NCBI GenBank assembly: GCA_041740355.1
Contig: JBGSMD010000020.1
Coordinates: 17,608 to 81,607, forward strand
DNA from: Bdellovibrionota bacterium
GTDB lineage: Bacteria > Bdellovibrionota_C > UBA2361 > CALJRW01
Reading direction: 5' to 3'
DNA: 64,000 bases
Shown here: piece after piece, positions 51,532 through 59,973 of the stretch
Layout: each line of letters starts with the position of its first letter
Position numbering within the stretch: position 1 is the first letter of the stretch
Translations under genes and position numbers: made by a program
The notes under the pieces: model-generated
Database searches by the model: none
What the model was told of the DNA's origin: nothing
Seen by the model: the letters and a program-made list of their open reading frames with translations, nothing else

Positions 51532-51626
51532 TATCCCCCCGAAGGGATAATAAAATCATATAGTTATGACAAAATCTCAAATCTAACTTTTAAATTTTCG
51601 GAAAAATACTTTAAGTCATAACTATA
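51532..51626 (+). repeat. Family R1 linker + hairpin B (A decayed)
   Basis: TATCCCCCCGAAGGGATAATAAAATCATATAGTTATGAC...GTCATAACTATA. Confidence 0.85.
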
Positions 51627-51638
51627 ATAACAGTTTCT

Positions 51639-51677
51639 TTTACAATTCTTTTACAAATCATTTACAGACTCATGACA
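51639..51677. promoter_or_regulatory. Four hexamer direct repeats at 11-bp period (Pho-box/OmpR-family-like sites)
   Basis: TTTACA at 51639, 51650, 51661; ATGACA at 51672. Confidence 0.6.
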
Positions 51678-51694
51678 CATTAACCTTTTTGATA

Positions 51695-51710
51695 TGGCAT
51701 AACTCTTGCA
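51695..51710 (+). promoter_or_regulatory. sigma54 (-24/-12) promoter
   Basis: TGGCAT-AACTC-TTGCA matches TGGCAC-N5-TTGCW. Confidence 0.7.
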
Positions 51711-51844
51711 TGAACTGGAGATTAGTCAGCAAGCACTCCAGCTCATAAGGGACGTTTCCAGAAGTATCCGACGGACCAAGGTTGTAAAGATTACCGACAG
51801 CAATAACCTGGTAATTTATTTTTAGCAGTTTTTGGAGATATAAA

Positions 51845-52474
51845 ATGACTCAACAAATTTCAGATTTAGAATTAATCAAAAAATTCAAGAATGGCTCACA
51901 AGTTGCTTTTGAAGAGTTAATAGCTCGTCATGAAAGTAAAATGTATAGCATTGCCCTTCGCTACACAAAAAGCTCAGAAGATGCTGAAGAAGTAATACAA
52001 GATGTTTGCATTACGCTTTATAACAAAGTTCAAGATTTTGAAGGTAAATCAGCTTTTACAAGTTGGTTATACCGAATTGTTGTTAACTCTTCTTTAATGA
52101 AACTTCGTAAGAACAGACAAGAAAAAGCAACATTAATGGATGACCTAACGCCAATTAGCAAAAAAGATTATTTACAACAGAATTGTGAAGACTTCAGTCG
52201 TGCTGACGTTCGTTCAATCCAACATGAAACGCGCACAGTCTTAGAGGCTGCAATCAATAAGCTTGCTGATGAATATCGAGCAGTCTTTATAATGCGGGAT
52301 GTGGATGGTTTAAGTAATGAAGAAGTTAGCAGCATTTTAGATATTTCTGTTCCGGCGGTTAAATCACGCCTTCATCGGGCTCGATTAATGTTACGCAAAA
52401 AATTAAATGCCTACTGGAATGATTACAATGGCAAAGAACAAATGGATACATTCCAAATGGTTGCTAATTCTTAA
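51845..52474 (+). CDS. ECF sigma factor (RpoE/SigW-like)
   Basis: DAEEVIQD, FEGKSAFTSWLYRIVVN, DGLSNEEVS.IL.IS.PAVKSRLHRAR; GGAG RBS. Confidence 0.93.
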   Translation: MTQQISDLELIKKFKNGSQVAFEELIARHESKMYSIALRYTKSSEDAEEVIQDVCITLYNKVQDFEGKSAFTSWLYRIVVNSSLMKLRKNRQEKATLMDDLTPISKKDYLQQNCEDFSRADVRSIQHETRTVLEAAINKLADEYRAVFIMRDVDGLSNEEVSSILDISVPAVKSRLHRARLMLRKKLNAYWNDYNGKEQMDTFQMVANS

Positions 52475-52585
52475 TAATTTACTAGACGAGAGTTAGAATT
52501 ACCGTTTACTCAAGTCTGTAGTTTATTACAGCTAGTGACTAAGTGACTGAAATGAACTCTTAGGTTCGCTTCAAGTGCTCGCGCT

Positions 52586-52641
52586 TTTATACTAGACGAC
52601 AATCTTTAATATCGGTAATTTTTAATGTCGTCTAGTATAAA
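52586..52641. repeat. Perfect 16-bp inverted repeat
   Basis: TTTATACTAGACGACA-N24-TGTCGTCTAGTATAAA; partial extra copy TACTAGACGA at about 52480. Confidence 0.8.
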
Positions 52642-52691
52642 GTACCTAACTCTAATCAAGCAACTTAATGTTCCAAGGTAAAAGATTATAA

Positions 52692-52826
52692 TTTAGAAAA
52701 TCCAAAAAGTAATTTACACAAGGAAATTTCTTTTTGGGGCTTTCTATCCCACAGAGGGAAAGTACAATCATAGTTATTACAAAAAACAAGTTATTTATAC
52801 GTAATTTATTTTTTGGAATAACTACA
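52692..52826 (+). repeat. Family R1 composite repeat (A-linker-B)
   Basis: TAGAAAATCCAAAAAGTAATTTAC...TTTTTGGGGCTTTCTATCCC...CATAGTTATTACAAAAAA...TTTTTTGGAATAACTAC. Confidence 0.85.
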
Positions 52827-52833
52827 TTTCAGA

Positions 52834-53148
52834 TCAAAATTTATCGAAAATTGTGGGATCACTTTCTAAATAAAATTTTAAAAAATTTATTATCTCTTCT
52901 TTATCGTGTCCTTCCAAAGCTAGTTTTTGGACAACGGCTTCAGAAATCAAATCTGTTATTAGTACTGTATCTAGCTTAGATAGCTTCATAATTGATTTAA
53001 CCTCTGCTGACCAAACATCTAACTCACTATTGTTTTGCATTTGCTTTCTGGGCTGAAGATTAAGAAAGTCCTTTTGATCAACTAACTTCTTACTTTTTGC
53101 CCCAGTTATTACGTGCCAGCTTTTGCTACAATTAATTCGTTTCCCCAT
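52834..53148 (-). CDS. Hypothetical protein, last gene of the T3SS-like cluster
   Basis: Overlaps the upstream TPR gene by 17 nt. Confidence 0.6.
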   Translation of the reverse strand: MGKRINCSKSWHVITGAKSKKLVDQKDFLNLQPRKQMQNNSELDVWSAEVKSIMKLSKLDTVLITDLISEAVVQKLALEGHDKEEIINFLKFYLESDPTIFDKF

Positions 53149-53677
53149 ACCCTTTCACTTTAATTAGATTTTTTAAAATCAGAACATCTGGATAAATGCT
53201 TTTAGCTTGTAATAGGTTAAATTCCACATCCAATAACTTCTTCTCCCCATAATAATCGAATTGAAAGGCGGAAAAGTTGTTTAATAATCGATAATTTTGA
53301 GGATATTTTTGTTTTAGATAGATATATAGCTTCTCTGCCAAATCCAACTGACCATTAGCTTCATATAAATAAGCTAAATTAATCAATGAGTTGTAGTATT
53401 GAGGATTAAATTCGTAGGCTTTTATATAATATTTTTGGGCATTAGAAAAATTTCCTAAATAGTACTCGCAAGCACCTAAGCCATCCAATGACTCGGCATT
53501 AGGCGCAATCTGGAAAGCTAAGCGAAAATTTGCTTGCGCTTCTAATAGTTCATTTTGACGGAGTGCTTGCAATCCCTGAAAATTATATCTTTGAATGACA
53601 TGGTTATTTGTTCTCGGCGGAGATTCTGCTAATGAGCAACATGTTAATAAGATTAAACTTAGAATTAATATTTTCAT
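53132..53677 (-). CDS. TPR lipoprotein (pilotin/PilF-like)
   Basis: Short lipoprotein-type signal LLT|C; TPR patterns GLGACEYYLGNFSNAQKYYIKA, NLAYLY...G..DLAE. Confidence 0.75.
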   Translation of the reverse strand: MKILILSLILLTCCSLAESPPRTNNHVIQRYNFQGLQALRQNELLEAQANFRLAFQIAPNAESLDGLGACEYYLGNFSNAQKYYIKAYEFNPQYYNSLINLAYLYEANGQLDLAEKLYIYLKQKYPQNYRLLNNFSAFQFDYYGEKKLLDVEFNLLQAKSIYPDVLILKNLIKVKGYGETN

Positions 53678-53726
53678 TTAAAGCTAGATTTCATTTGATT
53701 AGATACAAAATGCTCATGAGATAAAA

Positions 53727-55568
53727 CTAAATTAATTGTAAATTATCCTCAAAACTTTTAGTCCCAACTAAACTCTGATGCATGATGCATTTAATTGATT
53801 TGATTTTAATTTCCGGTAAAAGCTCTTCGTAAGCCAAGACCTTAACATTTAAACCACTTGCCTTAAGACACTGCCAAATAAATCTACGAATTGGAACTGA
53901 GCAAACCAGAATCAAATCAGGATAACTGTCTTGGAGCTCTTTTAGCTGAGTAATAATTAATTCTAAATATTTAAGTCGAAATGCACCTCCCTGATGTGCT
54001 GCCTGAAAAAAACTTTGATCAATTTCTTGCTCTAAAGTAATTGCTTGAATTTCCTGTTGTTCCAAATAATCACGTGAAATTTGATATTTAAGAGCAAGTC
54101 GAATAAGGTTTAATAACTGCAAATTACTTGGCTTCTGATCAATATTCTCAGCAATCGTTTGGATAATTAAATCAAAACTTTTTGGGAAAATATTCTCTTG
54201 GATCAATTCCTTCAGAATAGTTGTAATTCTGGTAATAGTAATATGATCGGGAATTAAATAATGAACTTGTTCTGGGGACGTTTTCTCCCAAAGTGCCACT
54301 AATATCTTAGTAATTCGATCATCAATTAAATCAATACTGTAATCTTTAAGCGTTATAATAATTTCATTGCTCAACTCAACAACGGATAATCCCGGAGCGG
54401 AACAGACAACTTTTGCAATATCTTCGCCACGAATTTGAATTAAGTATTCACAATTTAGATCTTTAAATTTTATTACCGGTAAGACAATTAACAGTCCAGT
54501 TTGCTGATAAAACGACTGTTGAATCTGTTGTGATAATTGATCGATATTTCCATTAATAGCTTGCTGACTAATGACAATTGTCAACAATGAAGGAAGGGCA
54601 ACCTCCTTAGGTGATTGTAAAAACTGATTCGTTGAATTTGAATTTTGTGGCGTAATTAATAACAATCCAAAGAATAATATTGCCATCAACAAAAATGGTG
54701 CGCTGGGAATTCCTGGTAAGCAAGCAAAAATGACTGAGATCATTATAATAATAATCTTAATGCCTTGATTACCAAAGAGTTGATGAATCAATTCTGTTGA
54801 CAAACTACTGCCTTCATTTCCAACCACTCGTGTTACTAAAATCCCAGCAGCTATTGCGTTAAGTATCGCTGGGATCTGAGAAATAACTCCATCTCCAATT
54901 GACATTAAGCTGTAATAAGCAATTGCCTGTTGAAAAGATAACTGCTGAATGACAATTCCACTAATTAGTCCTCCAATTAAATTAATAAATGTGATTAATA
55001 CTCCTACAATCGCATCCCCTTTGATAAATTTCATCGCACCATCAAGTGCTCCATAAAATCTAGATTCAGTTTGTGTTTCTTGCCTTTTTATTCGTGCTTC
55101 AGCAAAGTCTATTAAACCAGCACGAACGTCAGCATCAATCGACATTTGCTTGCCAGGTAAAGCATCTAATGTAAATCTAGCCGAAACTTCAGCAACTCTT
55201 TCTGCTCCCTTGGAAACAACTATTATTTGAACAAGTGTTAATATTGCAAAAATAACCAATCCAATCACAATACTACCTTGAATCACTATCTCGCCGATTA
55301 GTGGAATAATCTTACCAGGCTCAACTCCGGCTAAAATCTGTCTAGTAGTTGAAATATTTGTAACTAATCTAAAGAGCGTTAAAATTAGCAAGAAGCTAGG
55401 AAGTGTTGTTAACTTTGTGGGATAGTCAATTAATAAAACAGAAAAGAGCAAAACAATTGCTAATAAAACATTTAGGATAACTAGGTAATCTAATAATCCA
55501 CTGGGGATTGGAATAAACAATCCAAGTAGCAAAATAATTATTAAGATCGGTATAAAAAATTGCTTCAT
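53727..55568 (-). CDS. Type III secretion export gate SctV/FlhA family
   Basis: KGAERVAEVSARFTLDALPGKQMSIDAD, FYGALDGAMKFIKGDA, IGDG..SQIPA, VLAYEEL. Confidence 0.93.
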   Translation of the reverse strand: MKQFFIPILIIILLLGLFIPIPSGLLDYLVILNVLLAIVLLFSVLLIDYPTKLTTLPSFLLILTLFRLVTNISTTRQILAGVEPGKIIPLIGEIVIQGSIVIGLVIFAILTLVQIIVVSKGAERVAEVSARFTLDALPGKQMSIDADVRAGLIDFAEARIKRQETQTESRFYGALDGAMKFIKGDAIVGVLITFINLIGGLISGIVIQQLSFQQAIAYYSLMSIGDGVISQIPAILNAIAAGILVTRVVGNEGSSLSTELIHQLFGNQGIKIIIIMISVIFACLPGIPSAPFLLMAILFFGLLLITPQNSNSTNQFLQSPKEVALPSLLTIVISQQAINGNIDQLSQQIQQSFYQQTGLLIVLPVIKFKDLNCEYLIQIRGEDIAKVVCSAPGLSVVELSNEIIITLKDYSIDLIDDRITKILVALWEKTSPEQVHYLIPDHITITRITTILKELIQENIFPKSFDLIIQTIAENIDQKPSNLQLLNLIRLALKYQISRDYLEQQEIQAITLEQEIDQSFFQAAHQGGAFRLKYLELIITQLKELQDSYPDLILVCSVPIRRFIWQCLKASGLNVKVLAYEELLPEIKIKSIKCIMHQSLVGTKSFEDNLQLI

Positions 55569-55697
55569 CGAATATTAAGCTGCGTAATTAATAAGTGGTT
55601 ATGGCAAGAAAATACTGTCACTTTTAAAACCTTCAAATCTTGTCTAGTCATTATGCTGAAATGGAACTCAGATTTTATCCTCGACATTGAAGAATTA

Positions 55698-55843
55698 TAT
55701 AGTTATGATAAAAACCAATTTCCGAATATTCAAAAGTTAATTTTGTGATTTTTGTCATAACCGTATGATTTTATAACACTTGCGGGGGATACTAAGCCCC
55801 AGAAAGTAATTCCTATTGGAAATTACTTTCTGGACTTACTATA
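55698..55843 (-). repeat. Family R1 composite repeat (B-linker-A)
   Basis: TATAGTTATGATAAAAACCAATTTCCGAA...TTTTTGTCATAAC - linker - AGCCCCAGAAAGTAATT..AATTACTTTCTGGACTTACTATA. Confidence 0.92.
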
Positions 55844-55847
55844 TTTA

Positions 55848-56138
55848 TTAGGCGACTCTTACATTTCGAACTACAGCCATTTTTGTTTCATGTTCGGTAC
55901 GAGATAAATTTGATTGTAAGCTAACTTGCATTAGTTGCATTTGTGCTTCCGTCTGTGCCGCTATTAATTCATTATATGGACCACTAATCCCTCCAGCTCC
56001 CAGATACTCAGCAGCCGTTCCTGCATAACGTGCTATGTTTTGGGCGATACTGCTTAATTTAAAATAATTGCTATTATCATTTTCTGGCAGATATCTTTCT
56101 AAGGAAGTGGAAGAAGTTAAAACAGGATTAATTGTCAT
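55848..56138 (-). CDS. T3SS needle/inner-rod-like small protein (SctF/SctI-like)
   Basis: 96 aa, lies between sctJ and sctV; C-terminal SNLSRTEHETKMAVVRNVR resembles needle/rod C-terminal helices. Confidence 0.6.
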   Translation of the reverse strand: MTINPVLTSSTSLERYLPENDNSNYFKLSSIAQNIARYAGTAAEYLGAGGISGPYNELIAAQTEAQMQLMQVSLQSNLSRTEHETKMAVVRNVRVA

Positions 56139-56167
56139 GGTTTAGAGCTAAATTAAAGATTTAAGAT

Positions 56168-56194
56168 TAATCGGAATCAAACTAGGTAAGTTGT
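56168..56194 (-). promoter_or_regulatory. Candidate sigma28-like promoter of the needle-like gene
   Basis: ACAACTTA-N11-TCCGATTA, same spacing as TAAAGTTT-N11-GCCGATAA. Confidence 0.5.
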
Positions 56195-56370
56195 TTAATA
56201 ATTTATAACGAGCCCAAAATGTTGCGATCTAGATATTTAACTAAGAATTTAAGATGAGGAATCCTCTTAGCAATTCGGTTTCGTTACAAGCACTTTGTGT
56301 TTGAAATAATACTTATTCGCTAGAATATTAGATTATGTCCAGAGGATTTAATTTTTTAAATCTAACAAAT

Positions 56371-56487
56371 ATAGGAATTACTTTCTGGGGCTTACTATCC
56401 CGGATGAAAAATAAAATCATATATTTATGACAAAAATCACAAAACTAACTTTTGAATATTCGGAAATTAGTTTTTGTCATAACTATA
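56371..56487 (+). repeat. Family R1 repeat (half A-linker-B), inverted relative to 55698-55843
   Basis: Reverse complement is nearly identical to about 55698-55816. Confidence 0.92.
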
Positions 56488-56491
56488 AAAT

Positions 56492-57280
56492 TTAGGAACT
56501 TAAAGTAACCTCTGCCTTAAACTTTTCTATTTTTTTTGCTTGTCTCTGTTTCCAAATAACATAAGGAATTAATAAGACCAGAGTGAACAAGCAAATATCC
56601 CCAATCCACTTACTTTTTAAAATTTTATAAAGTTGTATTTCCATTTTATTATCTATCGCTTTGAATGACGTGTTGTGATTCTTGGCTACTATCTTACTTT
56701 CTAATTTCAAGTTGGAATAATTCACTAAAGCTGGATAACTAATTACAATATTAATCTTGTCTTGTTCAATTCCTGATGCTCCACCAACTAATTGTTTTAG
56801 TTCTTCACTGGTAAATATAAATTCTGTACTAACAATTAGAAGAACTCCAGCAGTCGAATCTTTATTGGGAGTATTCGCTTTTTTCCAAATTGTAATTTCG
56901 GTATTAATGTTAAAATGAACATGGGCCTCTAAAACTCCAGTAAGACTTTGTAAGGTAATTTCAAGTTGCCTAGCAAGCGAATTTTCATAAATTAGTTTTT
57001 CTTCTTGATCTGATGACAGCAGCTTGCTTTGCGGAGCAAAGACATCTGGCTTTCTAAAAATTCGATAATCTTCGATTAGCTGGATAGCTGGTACTACCTG
57101 AAGCTGAGGAACTGAAATAGACCAGAGACCATCTGCTTGCTTTTCCTTTTTTGATTCAATTTCTGCTTGATACAACTTACTAATTATCTTATTAGCATCA
57201 AGCTCGTTCAAATCATGAATAATTCTCTCCTGGCAAGCCGTTAGAAAAATAATAATACTCAAAGTAAGCCTAATTAACAT
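56492..57280 (-). CDS. T3SS inner membrane ring lipoprotein SctJ (EscJ/YscJ family)
   Basis: Lipobox LTA|C, L.E.DAN.I, LEITLQSLTGVLEAHVH, LVGGASG, C-terminal TM and basic tail. Confidence 0.85.
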   Translation of the reverse strand: MLIRLTLSIIIFLTACQERIIHDLNELDANKIISKLYQAEIESKKEKQADGLWSISVPQLQVVPAIQLIEDYRIFRKPDVFAPQSKLLSSDQEEKLIYENSLARQLEITLQSLTGVLEAHVHFNINTEITIWKKANTPNKDSTAGVLLIVSTEFIFTSEELKQLVGGASGIEQDKINIVISYPALVNYSNLKLESKIVAKNHNTSFKAIDNKMEIQLYKILKSKWIGDICLFTLVLLIPYVIWKQRQAKKIEKFKAEVTLSS

Positions 57281-57990
57281 TTTGATTTTATTCTAGAAAT
57301 CGAATGTTTAAGATATGATTGCCGCATCTTTTTTAATGCTTGATGATGCAAACGAGACATCCAAGATTTAGAAAGATTATTCATCTCCTTAGCAATTTCT
57401 ACAAAGCTTTTATCTAAAAAATAAAAATCATATATTATTTTGTATTCTCGCTCATCTAATACCTCCAGAAGCTCCGTAATCTTCTCAGAAGTTCGGATAG
57501 TCCCGATTTCGGCACTGTAATTATTCAAATATATCTCCTCTGGAGATTGCGCTTTTTGAAGTTGGTAGATAATCACCCCTTCCGCTAGCAAGTTAAGTAA
57601 TTTTGCAATTTCTTCTTCCTTAGATGACTTGTCTTGTAACAGATTTTTCTGGTGGATAGAACTTTGTGCTAAATTTTCTAGTTCTTGCCAAGCTTTCAGT
57701 CGTCTATATTGAAGTGTTGAAAGGTTTGTGTTTCTTCTTAAAAAATCTATTGCTTCTCCTCTAATTCGAAAATAGGCATAAACTTTAAAATCGACTCCAT
57801 AATTCGGGTCAAATTTATTTGCAGCTTCAACTAAACCTAAATTTGCGGCTGCGATTAAATCTGATAAAAATTCTTTCGGGATACTTAATTGTTGAACAAT
57901 CTTAAAACAAATTGCTCGTGCGTAATTTTGATACTCCAAAACTAATTTGTCGCGAGTTTCTATTTTTTGATTCTTACAAGTCGCTGTCAT
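57274..57990 (-). CDS. FliA/WhiG-like sigma factor
   Basis: DLIAAANLGLVEAANKFDP..GVDFKVYAYFRIRGEAIDFLR; region 4 EIA...LSKSWMSRLH; start taken at MTATCK (57990). Confidence 0.85.
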   Translation of the reverse strand: MTATCKNQKIETRDKLVLEYQNYARAICFKIVQQLSIPKEFLSDLIAAANLGLVEAANKFDPNYGVDFKVYAYFRIRGEAIDFLRRNTNLSTLQYRRLKAWQELENLAQSSIHQKNLLQDKSSKEEEIAKLLNLLAEGVIIYQLQKAQSPEEIYLNNYSAEIGTIRTSEKITELLEVLDEREYKIIYDFYFLDKSFVEIAKEMNNLSKSWMSRLHHQALKKMRQSYLKHSISRIKSKC

Positions 57991-58097
57991 TGGTGATAAG
58001 AAACATTTATTTAATAAGTTGGAACAACTTGAATCCGAGCTAAAATTCTTAACGTGGATCTTTAACAACAAAATTCTGATTAATTGCCCACTGATAT

Positions 58098-58124
58098 TTA
58101 TCGAAATCCACATCCGAAAGTTGC
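58098..58124 (-). promoter_or_regulatory. Candidate sigma28-like promoter upstream of the sigma-sctJ operon
   Basis: GCAACTTT-N11-TTCGATAA; shares CAACTT-N12-TYCGATWA with 56168-56194. Confidence 0.5.
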
Positions 58125-58305
58125 GTCTGTCTCCTAGTTTAAAATTTGTAGTTCTTAAATCTGCCACAGATTATTAGTACTCTTTAAAAACATAACTATA
58201 TAATAATACTAACTATTTTACATGTGCGCTTAAAGGACGATTAATTTTTCATTAAGATCATAAGTTGTGTTATCTTCCCGTATCCAAAATCTTAAATAAC
58301 ATCTT

Positions 58306-59973
58306 GTGCAAAAACATTTTTTGATTCTAATTTTTATTTTTATTTGGCCGCTTTGTTTGGTGGCAGAAAATAGTTTCCAAGCAAGTGTGGGTGGATTAGA
58401 AAGAACACTGCAGTTATTTCCTACAAATTCTAAAACAATAGCTAAGCCAAATTATTCTTTCAGCATTTCTCTTCCAGGTTTGGGGCTAATAAAAATTAAA
58501 ATTAATCGGAATCGCGACTTTCAATCCTCGGCAATCTTTACGGATTCAAATGAAAAAATCAGAATGAATCAGTTCCCCCACAAACTGTTTCGTGGGGAAG
58601 TTATTATGAAGTCCAAAAGTCATCCACTAGCGGCATCAGTGATCTATTTAAAAAAGCTACCTTATTTAATATTAGGGTTCACCGCCACTAATCCTCGATC
58701 TGGAAAAGTATCTTTCTATAAAGTAAAAATTAGCTTAATTAAAAACGATATTAAATCAGCCCGAATCTTTCGTGCTTCACGAGTAAGCCCTCAAAGTTTA
58801 AGTCATGATCAATTAGTACTGGCGCCAGAAATTAAAAGAATCGTTCCTAGATTTGAGGATAACCTACGTGAATCAAACACCAACAAAGTCCAAACTATTG
58901 CTCTAAGCATTGATGCTGATTCCTATTGGTATGGAATCTATGGTGAAGATAGCAATAGCGTCATTGCTAGCTTTCTTAATGAAGCTGAAACAATCTACGA
59001 AAATGATCTTAATCTTAATTTTAGAATTGTTCGTCAAAATGTTTTTACTAACCAAACTTTTGGTTCTGACAATGCGGTAGACCGACTCTGTAATTATCAA
59101 TATTATACGACCGGTGAAAGCTCTTTAACTAGCTCTGGCTGTCTGTTAACTGCAGAACAAGGACCTCAAAATTATTACGGCGAAGCTAATGCCTATCATC
59201 TTTTTACTGGACAAGAGATGAATACATCTACCATAGGACTAGCTTTTGTAGGAACTATTTGCTCTACTCCTAACTATGCATTTGCCTTAACTCAATTAAC
59301 CTCCGCAGCAACAACACCAATAACATTTGCGCATGAGCTAGCCCATAATCTCTCTGCAATTCATGACGACTCTACGGGATACAATGGAACAGAAGTAACT
59401 TCCTGTCCAAAAGCAGAACCGCCCAGTATCATGAATCCTTATATCTCCTACGAACCGGCAGATAACTTTTCAGCATGCAGTAAGAAACTAGTCAAAGAAC
59501 ATGTGGCTCTATATGGTAATTGTTTAAACAATCCATTAGTTATTACAAATAATCCACAGACAGCTGTTCCGGAAGCTAACAAAATAGACTTTCATTTGAA
59601 ATTTCTAAAAAGTGGTCTTCTAACTGGCAAGATCACTTTGCCTTCAGCAGAGGAACTAAAATCGGCAGAATCTTGTCAATTAGAAATTATGGTAGCTAAA
59701 AAGGCTCGAAAGTTATCGCTATCGCCAAATCGTACTATAATTTCTGCATTGCAATCTGGATTCCAAATTCGTTTTGCTAACAATTTTGCAATTCAAAAAA
59801 ATAATCTAGGTATAATCCCACCAGTTTTTTTCCAATCACAAATTATCTGTAATGATACAATTATAACAAAATCTAAAGTGCTAAAAGTAGCAACAACTCC
59901 GATTCATAGTTCGAGAGCACAAAGCTTAAATAAATTAATTTCTAGAATTCCTCAGCAAATAATTTTGTATTAA
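58306..59973 (+). CDS. Secreted M12B (reprolysin-like) zinc metalloprotease
   Basis: Signal peptide, IGLAFVGTIC, HELAHNLSAIHD, Met-turn SIMNP, FSACS. Confidence 0.88.
   Translation: MQKHFLILIFIFIWPLCLVAENSFQASVGGLERTLQLFPTNSKTIAKPNYSFSISLPGLGLIKIKINRNRDFQSSAIFTDSNEKIRMNQFPHKLFRGEVIMKSKSHPLAASVIYLKKLPYLILGFTATNPRSGKVSFYKVKISLIKNDIKSARIFRASRVSPQSLSHDQLVLAPEIKRIVPRFEDNLRESNTNKVQTIALSIDADSYWYGIYGEDSNSVIASFLNEAETIYENDLNLNFRIVRQNVFTNQTFGSDNAVDRLCNYQYYTTGESSLTSSGCLLTAEQGPQNYYGEANAYHLFTGQEMNTSTIGLAFVGTICSTPNYAFALTQLTSAATTPITFAHELAHNLSAIHDDSTGYNGTEVTSCPKAEPPSIMNPYISYEPADNFSACSKKLVKEHVALYGNCLNNPLVITNNPQTAVPEANKIDFHLKFLKSGLLTGKITLPSAEELKSAESCQLEIMVAKKARKLSLSPNRTIISALQSGFQIRFANNFAIQKNNLGIIPPVFFQSQIICNDTIITKSKVLKVATTPIHSSRAQSLNKLISRIPQQIILY

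Noticed and set aside
51712-51815. Possible c-di-GMP or other riboswitch in the ECF sigma leader
   Set aside because: GGGACG and TTACCGA words are present but the GCAAA motifs and P2/P3 architecture are missing
52734-52979. 81-aa plus-strand ORF
   Set aside because: Starts inside an R1 repeat and is antisense to a likelier gene
57991-58167. N-terminal 59-aa extension of the FliA-like sigma in the ORF track
   Set aside because: No sigma-like sequence and it overlaps the candidate promoter; ATG 57990 is the more plausible start
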